A stretch of DNA of 59,114 nucleotides, filler included, from Sphacelaria rigidula (lineage: Eukaryota), in the NCBI GenBank assembly GCA_964200075.2. It is 6 parts of 6 records of this genome, joined end to end, with 100 filler letters (N's around TTAATTAATTAA, not from the genome) between each part and the next. Parts side by side here need not be neighbours in the genome. Positions count along the whole stretch, not along the records: positions 39,479 to 49,246 come from CAXNAA020007803.1; positions 49,347 to 59,114 come from CAXNAA020007804.1; 4 more parts are not named here. The stretch is one strand, 5' to 3'. Of the stretch, positions 48,712-59,114 are shown piece after piece. Below the pieces are notes generated by a model that had not been told where the DNA came from, ran no database searches, and saw only the letters and a list, made by a program, of their open reading frames with translations. Numbering within the stretch: position 1 is the stretch's first letter; every line of letters starts with the position of its first letter. The position numbers and the translations under genes are program-made.

Positions 48712-49246
48712 AAAAATACGATCGGGACAGGCTCGATCAACCGGAAATATCGAAGAGTCGGAATCTAGGCTGAAAAGTGGCAGGACCCCCGATGACCGGT
48801 GAGCCCGTACGTCACTCAATATTGAGCAAGATAATTATATTCCTTGGGATGTGGGATGGATACAAGTATCTTCAGATCCCCAATGTGATGAGCGGTGGCA
48901 AGCGAAAGAGCCTAAGAAAATCGCCGATTACGAAGAAATTACAAAATAAACAGTTCAGGTGCCCACTACTTTAGTTCTTCCTTTCGATACTCTGTGTTGG
49001 CTAGGGTTGGGTGCAAGATTTGAACAGCAGCTATTCAAGGAATTACCAGCACCATTTCCTACAGGCTGGTTCACGGTCATCACCCAAATTGTATCATCAG
49101 CAAATGCCTTCCGCAATACGCACCCAACAGTCGCATATATGGTATCATACTGACTGCAATGAAGAGACGAAGAGGGTGACATAGCCGGATTTTTGTTTAA
49201 CGCCGTAGCGGTGGCGCCATGGACGTATAAGTGTCTCAGCCAATCA

Positions 49247-49346
49247 NNNNNNNNNNNNNNNNNNNNNNNNNNNNNNNNNNNNNNNNNNNNTTAATTAATT
49301 AANNNNNNNNNNNNNNNNNNNNNNNNNNNNNNNNNNNNNNNNNNNN
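49247..49346. other. Artificial contig linker
   Basis: N44-TTAATTAATTAA-N44. Confidence 0.98.
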
Positions 49347-49428
49347 CTGAGGCCCGCCGCGCTGTGGCTCCCCCCCCCATCTCCCCCCCCCCCCCCCCCC
49401 CCGATGTTGCCCAAAACTCCCCTTGCAG

Positions 49429-49824
49429 ATCATTGACTCTCCCCGCTCGGATTCCGTCAAGAATGCCATGGGTCCGCCGCCGCCGCCGTTGCCGAAGGAA
49501 GTCGTTCCTAGCACCGTGTTCCGCAACGCAAAGACCGGTTCTAACGCTATCAACAGCGGCTCCAGCTCCACGAAGAGAAGTTCTAGCACCGCGGAGAGCG
49601 ATCCTCGGAATGCTCGTGGGAACAGTGCACGGTCGCCGGCGGCGGCCGGCGTCAGGAATGGGAAGGGGGGTCCTGGGGCGCGGTCGGGGGTGGCTGGCGC
49701 TAGCGGTAGTGGAGCCCAAGGGCGAAGGAAGTCTGGGCGGACGCTGCGAGGTCGTGAGCGATCTTCATCTATCGGGAGTGGCGTGGGAAGTGGAGAGAAG
49801 GGCAATGCCGTTGTGGCTGTTGGT
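49429..49824 (+). CDS. Internal exon of a low-complexity Ser/Gly/Arg-rich protein (IIDSPRSDSVKNAMGPPPPPLPKE...)
   Basis: TTGCAG acceptor, GC-rich open frame and GTAAGC donor (alternative GT at 49823). Its link to the exon near 53650 is plausible but unproven. Confidence 0.6.
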
Positions 49825-50681
49825 GTAAGCGACGGTGAGACACTTCCGTTGCATTTTCGTACTATCTTGGCTACTCTTCAGATCCATTGTCTTGTTGTGA
49901 TTTGTATGTATTATTGGCGTGTGTGTTTGCGGGAGTACTGAGCGTGATTCGGAGCGTTTTTTTTTTTTTCTCGAGCATGTAATGCCTCTCTCTGTCTCAT
50001 CAACAAAAAGTCGTCCGTGAAGGTTGAGAGCTGAAGGGTTGATGCGGTTGCGTTGTTTTTGCCGAAACGGCCGTTAGAGTTTTTTTTTTTTCACCAGGGC
50101 GGATCTCCTTGAAGTACCAAACAAAATGGAACCTTTTTGGACGTACTCGTCGCATAACGCAGGTCTGTGAAGGAAGTTCTTTTGTGCCATGTTCACCCCC
50201 AGCACTGACTGGTACACTATTACTAGCGAGGTATTTGAAGAACATATCCGATCTTGTCCTGTTGTCTGGGTAGGTAATATAATCGGCAAGTTGATTTTAC
50301 ACGCCCTCCCTCCGCCCCCGGTAGTGCTCAGGCCGCTGGATGTACGTCAGTTGGACTGCCGTTTGTGGGCGATCACGATTTTTCGCTGATTTGTAGCCAC
50401 CGGCCCTCTCTCTATATATATATGTTGTGGTATATATTTGTTGTGGTAGGCCCACAACCGCCCGCGTCCAACTGGCCACCATCTATGCCTGCGCAGTTGG
50501 TCATGTTCCAGTATCAACGATTTAACAGGCGGGAATGTTGGCACCCAGATATACCCGGAGAAGTTGACACGGGTGCGTACAGGCCGTATTCTGTCACAGA
50601 GCATCCGCTGTGAAATAGGAATCATCACCGGTTCCAGTCATCAAATCCACGATTTTTGAGGTATGATTGCTCGAGTGAGCA

Positions 50682-51400
50682 ATGCTACGGTAGGTGCACT
50701 TTTTGCGCGAAATCTTGTCTGGTTCGGGGGCTCCCAAAGATTCTAGATGCACCAGAACATGGGTCAGGGCACCCCCGTTTGCGAATTCGTTTGGGGTATT
50801 CCTAGCACGTTGGACTAGAAGTCCTAGCGTACTCTCACATATTCCATGAGTCGTGTTTTGGATGAGATAAAGAACTCCTAAGGCCAACTCTGATCGGAGC
50901 CGTTCAAAATTCCTGTCGAAAACTGCCTTTTGGGCCCTTCTACGTCGATTTACGCCCGAAAAGAGGGCTAGGCGGATGTTGACGCCTTGAAATGACTTGC
51001 TAAACTCGTCGAGACGCTTCCAGAGCAACATCGCATCTCCCGCTGGCGGCACTTTTGTTTTTGGCCAAATCAGGCCAAGCACGGATTTTCAGTAAAAATC
51101 GGCCAGGTGATCAAAATTCCCTCCTGTCGTTCGATCGCTTGGCCGTTTTCTGTTGAAAATCCGTGTCCGACCAAAAATAAAAGTGCCGCCAGCGGAAAAT
51201 GCAAAGTTGCCCTGGAATCGTCTCAACGAGTAGAGCAAGTAATCCCAAGGCGTCAACAGCCGTCTAGCCCTCTTTTCAGGCGTAAATCGACGGAGAAGGG
51301 CCCAAAAGGCAGTTTTCGACAGGAATTTTGAACGGCTCCCGTTATAGTCGGTCTAACATTTCAAACCTCAGAAAATAGTTGTGCACCGCTACCGTAGCAT
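50682..51400. mobile_element. ATGCTACGGTAG MITE split by a Harbinger-like insertion
   Basis: Both TIRs are present. The halves match 27924-28171 in reverse orientation. Confidence 0.8.
50882..51353. mobile_element. PIF/Harbinger-like foldback MITE
   Basis: ~200-bp inverted arms and an exact TAA target duplication (50879-50881, 51354-51356). Confidence 0.9.
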
Positions 51401-51787
51401 CCCTCAGTGAGAAGAAGACAAGTTTGACTTTCGGGGAAAGAAAGCATCCACGCAATTTTTGCGCCATTCCATGTGCCTGGGGTGGGCGTACACCGGGTGC
51501 AACGCTGGATACGAAGCCCAAGCATTGATTCCTACGCTAGGAATTGATTAGACTGAATTCAAGTAATTTCCAGACGAGTCGTTGTTGGTCCGAACCTTGC
51601 AATCGTGTACACGTTCGTTTTTGAAATCAACCGCTGGAATATGTAGGATTATAAATTAAGTGCTCGCTACAGAAAAAAAAACAACTAATTTTTCATTCGT
51701 CGGTCGACCGGCAACAAAGATATCAGCACAAGAGATTTTGCAGTTTTGGCTTTTGAATAGAAGCCTTGTTATTTCATCCAACCTGCT

Positions 51788-52076
51788 GGTCGCCCCGGTG
51801 GCTCAGTTGGTAATCTCGGAACCTTCTGACGGTTGGGTCGTGGGTCCAAATCTCGGAGCGATCCGGGATTTTTCCTCATACCATGCCCAACAGTGGAGAA
51901 AGACTATGCCGTAGGTACACAACATTCGACTTAACGATCAACAAGGGAAAGGGACTGCTGGACCCCTCTCGCGATAAAAAAAGAAAAGCAAGCACCGCAG
52001 AAGGAAGGTGGGGTACTAAAAGAGGAAAAGAAGAAACTTCTGTGCAGACCTCCTTCCTGTATGACCCCGGCTGGTC
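51788..52076 (+). mobile_element. tRNA-derived SINE family 1 (intact head, tail missing)
   Basis: A box TGGCTCAGTTGG and degenerate B box GGTCCAAATC. The body is colinear with 9871-10150. Confidence 0.8.
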
Positions 52077-52470
52077 TTGAATGGAATGAAAACAACGAAT
52101 GTCCTGACCCATATCTCTTGTCTGCTCCCAACGTGAAGAGCCCCTCGATGAAAGACATCCGGGCCCGAAAGTTCAACTCCTCAACGTGGCTTGACCCGTA
52201 CCCTCGCGCTGACATCGCGGACTGCTCCACTTTTTCCTGATTCGATTGCGCGTCGCACATCAACTGACCCCCCCCACCCCCCAGGGATCTCAGCCGTGTT
52301 CTCATCATCCACACACGTAGGAAGTCTTGCCAGCTGTGTGGCTGTAGCCTTTTCTAGTGATGAGTGACTATGACTGTGCGTGTGTCACAGAGGGAGCATT
52401 GCCTTCGTTTGCGAATGCAACCCAGTAGGAAACATTGAGCGCCGCAACGAGCTCCTTGTTTTTTGACGCG

Positions 52471-52759
52471 ACCTTCAGCTTTGGTCGAAAATCCATGGTT
52501 GGTTTTTTCTCACTCAACTAACCCGAATACTAACCCTAACCCTAAACCCCGACCCGAGGCGTACGGGTACCCTCGGGCAAGGGGGGTGTAAGGGTTGCCG
52601 TGGGCAAAGTATGCGTTGGCAAAACTCAAATCGGCGCCGTGAACACGTTCTAGGCGAGCTAGGAGTACTCAGCCCCCCTCAAGATCCGAATATCGCTGTT
52701 CACTCTAAAATCAAGTAGTCATACTGTCAACCATATATTTTCGACCAAAGCTGAAGCTC
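52471..52759. mobile_element. Telomere-like-repeat TIR element (copy 3)
   Basis: TIR CTTCAGCTTTGGTCGAAAAT / ATTTTCGACCAAAGCTGAAG, with internal CTAACCCTAACCCTAAACCC. Confidence 0.75.
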
Positions 52760-53652
52760 TACGGCCCTGCGTACGGTGTTACCCTGCCGCTTTTTTTTAT
52801 TTCCAAAACGTTGGGCGCGAGATGCCGTCGATCGAGCGGGAGGTGAATCACCGGGTATAGCCCCCATCTAGTCAGGGCTTGGGAGGTTGCGGGATTCTCG
52901 ATGTATTTGTCGTTGGAGTTGTTGGTGCCCGCAATTATGGAGGAGCTGCAGCTATGCAGCATGGGGGCTATACCGACGAGAAGATTGTCGGCCGGTGATG
53001 AATAATTCCGGAAGGAGGCTTCGCACTCCGAGGGTTCGGTCTGAACAGGCTGACTAATTGCAGTGCGTCTTTCCGGCGAAGCTGTGAAGCTTTTTACCGT
53101 TGGGCTTGACCTCCTCGAATGATGTAATGCCTAGTTTCATTTTTCACACCCTGGATAATAGATGATGACAGTAGGTTGCAATGGCAAGAATTGTGCTGTG
53201 TACAACATCGAAAAATGTGTCTATTATTAAAATTATAGACAAGGTGTTCGATGCTGTGCGTGATGATAATAATTTTCGCTGATGTAATCTATTGTCATCG
53301 CTCACCGTGTGTTTCACTGGGCTTTTTTGTAACAAGCGTTCCTAACCTTTCAAGGCTTTGCCGATGTACACCCCCTCCCAAAAATATGTATTGATTGATT
53401 GATTTGATTGATTGTCGCCCTTTAACTGACCCCCCTGAGGTCCAGCCGTGGTCTTATGATGGACGTACCCAAGAAAAACGAAACTGGAACAAGCCCTGAG
53501 AAAAAGAAGAAACAAAATAAAGGGGAGTCGAACAAAACGACACGGCAGACTAAGTCGTAGAAAAAAAAAAGTTACGTAATAGTCAACACGAGCAAAGCAC
53601 AGAAAGAAATGGCCGACCTAAAACTGCGTGCTTGTTTTCACGCGTTGTATTC

Positions 53653-55425
53653 ATGGCGCCCCCAAAATCAGCAGCAGAAGTGGCAGCGCAGCGGAAAACT
53701 GCCAGGGCGGGCAAAGATGAAGACGACAAGATCAGTGGTGCACCCGTCACGCGCCGAAGGAGTAGGAGCAATCCTTCATCGTTGTTGTCCTCATCTTCGT
53801 CTTTGTCTTCATCGTCAGCGTCAGTGCAGAAACATGCGGAGGTCCCTTCTCCCGTGTCATTATCCAGTCACAAGAAGAGTCACAAGAAGAGTCACAAGAA
53901 AAACGTTCAGACGGCGAAGACGTCAAGGGCGATGCCGCGGGGCGCAGTAAGTGAAGCTACAGCAGATGCAGCGTCGACCGCCGTAGCTACGCCTCGGCAA
54001 CAGAAAAACCGAAGAAACGGTAGCCCCAGTGGCGGAGGCGGCGGCGGCCGCGGAGCCCCCAAACAACAGCAACGTCGAGGTCGACAAGCAGCAGCAGCAG
54101 CGGCAGCCACAGACGAAGAGGAACATCTATGGAGCGATGGAAGGTTCTTCGAGCTACCTTCTCCGCACGAAGAGCAAGCAGCGGCATCGTTGTCATCGAG
54201 GACCGTTCTTCAGGATGGTTGGCACAATCCGCTCACGTGCCCGGTGTGCACGGCCGGCGGCGAGCTCATGCCGTCCATTGTCACTGTATCTTCCAACAGA
54301 TCGTCCAACCCCCGCTCTGATGGGCCGGATTCCGAGGATATCGGCGGCGCATCTCCCGCCAACGGCGGCGGCGACGGCGGTACCGGGGCTGATAGCGGCG
54401 GCTGCGGGGATCCCTCTCCGCTTGCTTCTAGTCGCCGATCAGAAGTGTTGATAGATTATTCCCCGCAGAATATGTCCTCGGGCGACTCCCAGAATGGTGC
54501 CCAGAGCGGGACAGGCTCTTTGCGAAGAGGTGGCGGTAGCGGGAACAGCAACAACAGTACGAACGCGGATGCAGCGACAGGTAGCGTCCCCGACCGCGAG
54601 CAAGAACGTTTCTGGGAGGGGGTGGAGCGGGTGGCAGGTGGAGCCGGCGGCAGCGTCGGCGGTACTGATGCCGCGGAAGGCCCGAGAGCAGTGAAGACCG
54701 TCGGGCTTTCTTCCCTCTCCTCTTCCGACTTGCTTGGAGGTAACAGTGCACGGATATCCTCTCGCGCCGCTGGTACTATTTTTCGTGCTGCTGGTGACCC
54801 CGGATCGTCGGTTGATGATATCGGAGTTTCTGATCCTGCCGCCGTTGCAAGTACCGCCGAGGGCGATGTGCGTGGTGGGCGGAGCAGGACAAGTGCGGAT
54901 AATGGCCCTGCTGCTGATTCGAAAGCTGTTTCTGCTGATGGGTCCGGTGCGGACGAACCCACTGTGGCGATTGCTGATGCGAGTGCTGGTTCCGGTGATG
55001 ATGGTGGCGATGGTGCCGCACACGTCGGCGGCCGCGAAGTGCCCGCTCTCGGCGCAGCCACGCCGACAGCTTGTGCCCACGGTGTGACCCAAGCTAAAGG
55101 TTCCATCGACGCCACCGCTGCTGTTACATCGAAAAAGTCAGGCGTTCGTGCGAGTACAGCCACCGCATCTGATGCCGCCGGTGGAGGAAGCCCGCCGCCT
55201 ACATGGGAACCGCTGCTCTCCGCCGATGGCACCGTGGTGTTGTCGGGAGAAGATTCTGCGGCGGCGGCGGCAGCGGCGGTCGTGGGATCTAGGTTGGAGT
55301 CAGAGTCGGAGACTTCTCCTAGAAAGGGGCAAGGGAGGAACAACAGGAAGCGTGCTCCTGGGCAGGGGAACGGGGATGAAACTATCAGCGACGCTGACAA
55401 GGCCTTCTGGTGTCCCCCTTTCAAG
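53653..55425 (+). CDS. Large exon of an uncharacterised low-complexity protein (Ala/Gly/Ser-rich, basic patches, one CxxC)
   Basis: ~590-codon GC-rich open frame ending FWCPPFK|GTATT. The start is uncertain (ATG 53653 or CAG acceptors at 53671-53677). Confidence 0.75.
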
Positions 55426-55877
55426 GTATTGATTTGTGTACTGTGCTTCTGTGGCCCTCGTGCTTATGGACTGATTTGGGGGTTTGGAGTTCGGGGTGGA
55501 TTGAGGAATAGGGCCTTGGCTTTGCGCTGGGGCCAGCGTTGTGTCCGGGACGCGTATGTTAGTGATATTTTTCTTTGATCAGGTGTTGTGTAGCGCGTTG
55601 GGGTTGGGTTATGGGGGAATTGGCTTGTATAGGGGGATTGGCTTGACTTGGCAGGGCTTGGGGTAACGTATGTGTGTCATGCTAGGGTACGTCCTACGTT
55701 ATGCGTGTCGTCAACCCGTGCAAGCGGCGGCTCGGTCTGTGAGCTCTTGAGCCTTTTGTGGCGAGTTGACTTGTCGTTCGATGGCCTCTTGCCTCTTTCT
55801 AAAAGTATTTTTGCTATTGCCCCCTCCTCCCGCCCGTTCACCTCCGCACCCGACCCCGTGGACGCGGCGGTTATCAG

Positions 55878-55956
55878 ATTGTGGACAGCCTACCGCCGTA
55901 CAGCAGAGGATATACGCGTGACTTTCAGAAAAGGTACCGCAGCGGGCTAATCTTCG
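55878..55956 (+). CDS. Small linking exon (IVDSLPPYSRGYTRDFQKRYRSGLIF-G)
   Basis: TATCAG acceptor (phase 0) and G|GTACG donor (phase 1), exactly the phases needed to join 55425 to 56359. Confidence 0.75.
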
Positions 55957-56224
55957 GTACGCCACACGCCGTACCTGTGCCGTGCATCGTTCCCGCAACG
56001 CTGGCGCCGGCTGGAGGAGGTGTGTCTACTTGTGTCATCATCACAGTGGTCCTGGTATTTCAGACCCGCGGTCGAGGCATCTCAATAGTTGATCTGATTA
56101 CCTCACTCTCACCCCCCAAACAAGAATAAAATTATTGAGCAAAATTTTAATAGAGAGAGGGAGAGAGAGAGAGGCCGTGCTTCCTTCCCGAAACACTGTT
56201 CAAACGTGAGGCCTCCCCCCCATG

Positions 56225-56297
56225 CCCCGTCTTGAAATGTATGCGTGGGCAATGGTCAAACGACTAAGGTAAGCCACGAATGAGTACGCCCCCCCAT
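56225..56297 (+). mobile_element. Solo LINE 3' end in an intron
   Basis: CCCCGTCTTGAAA...AATGGTCAAACGACTAAGG...ATGAGTACG-CCCCCCC. Confidence 0.75.
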
Positions 56298-56358
56298 CCC
56301 TCTCCCTCTCATTCCACCCCACTCTCCGACGGCGACCGTCCTCACATGTTATTCATAG

Positions 56359-58733
56359 GTACCTGGGAACCCCCAATGCTCGCCTTACCAAAACGTGGTG
56401 CAAGGAGAAAGAAATCTCCGGATGGCTCCGGCGGCGGCTCGAAAATTGGCGTCTCAGAAGGTTTCGGTTTGATAGATGCAGCGGAACAACCAGAGTTGGC
56501 GCTCTCAACACGTGGTGCGAGAAGAAAAAAATCTCCGGATGGCGGCGGCGGCGGCGGCGGCTCGAAAGCTCGCGGTTCAGCAGGTGCCGCTTCGACGGAT
56601 GCGGTGGAACAACCAGAGTTGGCGCCAGCAACACGTGGTGCGAAAGAGAGAAAATCGCCGGATGGCACCGGCGGCTGCTCAAAAGTTGGCGGCTCAGAAT
56701 GTGCCGATTCGGAAGGTGCCGGTTCAGAATGTGTGGGTTCAGAGGGTGCGGGTTCGACATTTCCGGCGGAACAATTGCAGTTGGCGCCATCAGCACGAAA
56801 TACGAAAAGAGAATATCCAGACGGCTTCGGCGGCGGCTCGAAGGTTGGAGTTTCAGGAAGAACCGGTGCGATATATGTGGCGGAGCAACAACAGTTGTCG
56901 CCAGCAGCATGTGGTGCGAGAAGAAAAAAATGTCCGGATGGCGGTGGCGGTGGCGGCGGCTCAAAAGTTGGCGATTCGGAAGGGACCGGTTCAGAAGGTG
57001 CCGGTTCGCCCCATGCGGCGGAACAAGCACAGTTGGCGCCAGTTCCACGTGGCGAGAGAAGAAGAGAATCTCCGGACGGCGACGGCTCAAGAGTCGGCCG
57101 TTCAAAAGGCGACTCTTTGACATTAACCGCGGAGCAACCACTGTTGGCTCCAGCAACACGTGGGAGAAAAAAGAAATCCCCGGATGGGGCCGGTGGCGAC
57201 TCAAGAGTGGGCGGCTCGGAACGTGCTGGTTCAACGAGTGCCGGTCCGACACATGCAGCGGAACAAGCACAGCCAGTAACACGTGGCGAGAGACGAGAAT
57301 ATCGGGATTACGTCGGCGGCGATTCAAGAGTCGGTAGTTCGGAAGGTAGCACCTCGACACTCGAGGTGGAACAAACGCTGTCGGTGCCAGGAACACGTGG
57401 TCCGAGAAGACAAGAATGTCTGGAAGGCGCTGGCGGCGGCTCAAAAGTTGGTGCCGCTTCAACGGGTGCCGGTTCGGTACATGCGGTAGAACGAGCACAG
57501 TTGGCGCCAGCTACACCTGTACCAGGGCCAACGCCAGCCGCATCATCGCACAATACGCTACAAAACGCAGCAGAACAAACCCTGCCCACCGGCCAATGTG
57601 CAACATTACCGTCGTCAGTTGGATCGGTGCAAGTTGCGCCGCTGCCAATACCGCCGCGTCCACCTCCTCCCCCGTCGCCCCCGCTGCCAGCAGAGGCCGC
57701 GACGGAGCACCCTGCCGGTCCGGATAGTGCTCTTCCCCTGTCCTCGTCCTTCGCACCTAGAGGTGGCGGCATGCCCAAGAACGTTGAAGGTACCAGAGAT
57801 GTTGGAGATGGCAGAATATCCGAAGACAGAGAATGTGCCAGAGATCTTCCAGATAGCGGCTTGTCCAAAGACGTTCCAGGCGCTAGAGATTTTGGATATC
57901 GCGGCATCCTTGAAGACGTTGAAGGTGCCGGGGATGCTGGAGATGGCAGCATATTTGATGACGTCGAAGGTGCTGGAGATCTCCGGGATAGCGACATCTA
58001 CGAAGATGTGGAAGGTACCGGAGATGTTGGAGATGGTGGCATCCCCGGATACATTGAAGGTGCTGGAGATCTCGGGGATGGAATATCTGAAGACGGTGAA
58101 GGTGGCAGAGATCTCGGAGATAGGGGCATCCCTGGATATATTGAACGCGCCACAGAGATGGTCGATGACGGCACATCTGAAGATGTTGAAGGTGGCAGGG
58201 CTCTCGGTAATAGTGGCATATCTGCTAATAATGAAGGTGTCGGAGATCTCGGGGATGGCGGCATCTTCGAAGATGATGAAGGTGGCAGAGATGTGGGGAT
58301 TAGCGATATCTCTCAAGACGTTGGATGTGCTACGTATCTTGAGGATGGCGGCATCTGCGAAAACGCTGAAGGTACGAGAGATCGTGGAAGCGTCGGAGAT
58401 CGCGCGCCTCCCTCCACGCCTTGGAAATCGGCATCATCTACGGATAGTGACGGCGGGACGAAACGGGAAGCTCAGGCGGACGGGACAGACACACCGACAA
58501 CACACGAAGGCTGTGACTCCAAGCAACAACGTGAGGAGACCGAGCCGCGCAGGAGGAATGGGGTGTTGAACGGCGGCGGCACCGACGTTGGTTCGGGTTT
58601 TTGGGTTGATGTTGACGGCAACAGAAGCCAGGTGCAGGGGAAGGAGAAGGGTACTAGTGGTAGTGCCGGAGGCGATGCTCGTGCCAGTGGCGCTGAGGAA
58701 ACGAAGGACAGTCTGGCGGACGAGGAGAAGCAG
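56359..58733 (+). CDS. 2.4-kb exon with two internal tandem-repeat arrays
   Basis: TCATAG acceptor, uninterrupted frame and CAG|GTGAG donor. The ORF-track ATG at 56280 lies in the LINE tail and is probably not the real start. Confidence 0.8.
56372..57512 (+). repeat. Coding tandem array: 9 units of ~36-54 aa (AEQxxLAPATRGARRKKSPDGGGGGSKVGxSEG)
   Basis: Unit visible in both DNA (GGAACAA..CAGTTGGCGCC...CGTGG) and protein. Confidence 0.9.
57780..58390 (+). repeat. Coding minisatellite: ~13.5 units of 45 bp / 15 aa (DVEGAGDLGDGGISE)
   Basis: GAAGGTG...GAGAT...GGAGATGGCGGCATC periodicity. Confidence 0.9.
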
Positions 58734-59114
58734 GTGAGCCCCGTGCGAAACAGTTGTTTTTGAAGATCAAGATACTATTGGCCGCTGCCTCATCGGGTCT
58801 CGCGACGGGGGGAAGCAAGCCCGCGAATCGCTGTGTTGGTGTTTTTCGTACGTGGTCACTCTCGACCATTATCTGTGTTTCCCCGAAATTGACGGTTGTC
58901 AAGGGCTTTCGCGCTTCTTTCGCCTACCTGCCCATGTTTTCGTTGTATTCGCAACACGACTCGTGGTGTATACGCTGTTTTGCTCTTGCGCATTATTTTT
59001 CACAAATGGGTTCCGTTTGTCGCTTGTTCGCTTGTCCCTCCTGTGTCTCATATTGTTTTTGTCATACTTTTACCCCCCCCCCCCCCCCCCCCCCCCCCTC
59101 CGCTCCCCCCCTCC

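Noticed and set aside
51788..51860. Functional tRNA gene
   Set aside because: The B box is degenerate, there is no clean acceptor stem, and the sequence continues into a repeated SINE body found in several copies.
54439..55424. Long minus-strand ORFs (322 aa, 217 aa) and alternative-frame ORFs at 56353-58569
   Set aside because: Shadow ORFs of GC-rich, repetitive + strand exons, with no splice or motif support.
56280..56358. ATG 56280 as the start of an 827-aa protein
   Set aside because: The ATG belongs to a LINE 3' tail (ATGAGTACG-Cn) in an intron. A phase-compatible acceptor lies at 56358.
56372..58390. Repeat arrays as a CRISPR-like repeat-spacer system
   Set aside because: The units are degenerate, in-frame coding repeats without constant repeats or unique spacers. 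No cas genes, and the context is eukaryotic.

Overview
Eukaryotic nuclear DNA, most consistent with a brown alga or other stramenopile. This is an inference from the long TE-filled GT-AG introns and the gene content. The window is not one locus. It is six contigs of 9770, 9770, 9769, 9769, 9768 and 9768 bp joined by artificial 100-bp linkers (N44-TTAATTAATTAA-N44), i.e. a length-sorted pseudo-scaffold. Four partial spliced genes were reconstructed by hand with phase-consistent exons: (1) MCM3 exons 1-3 (+, contig 1); (2) a class II eIF4E (4EHP/nCBP-like) with a long Gly/Arg/Asp-rich C-terminal extension (-, contig 2); (3) a sodium:solute symporter of the high-affinity choline transporter type, 7 exons (-, contig 3); (4) a large low-complexity protein with a basic ~40-aa repeat array and an acidic 15-aa repeat array (+, contig 6). 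The rest is mostly mobile DNA: degraded APE-RT LINEs with poly-C 3' ends, at least two tRNA-derived SINE families, and many non-autonomous TIR elements (TA-, TAA/TNA- and 8-bp-TSD types), several of them nested. I found no CRISPR, rRNA, true tRNA or prokaryote-type system. The most interesting items are the eIF4E extension, the repeat protein and the LINE/SINE 3'-end architecture.
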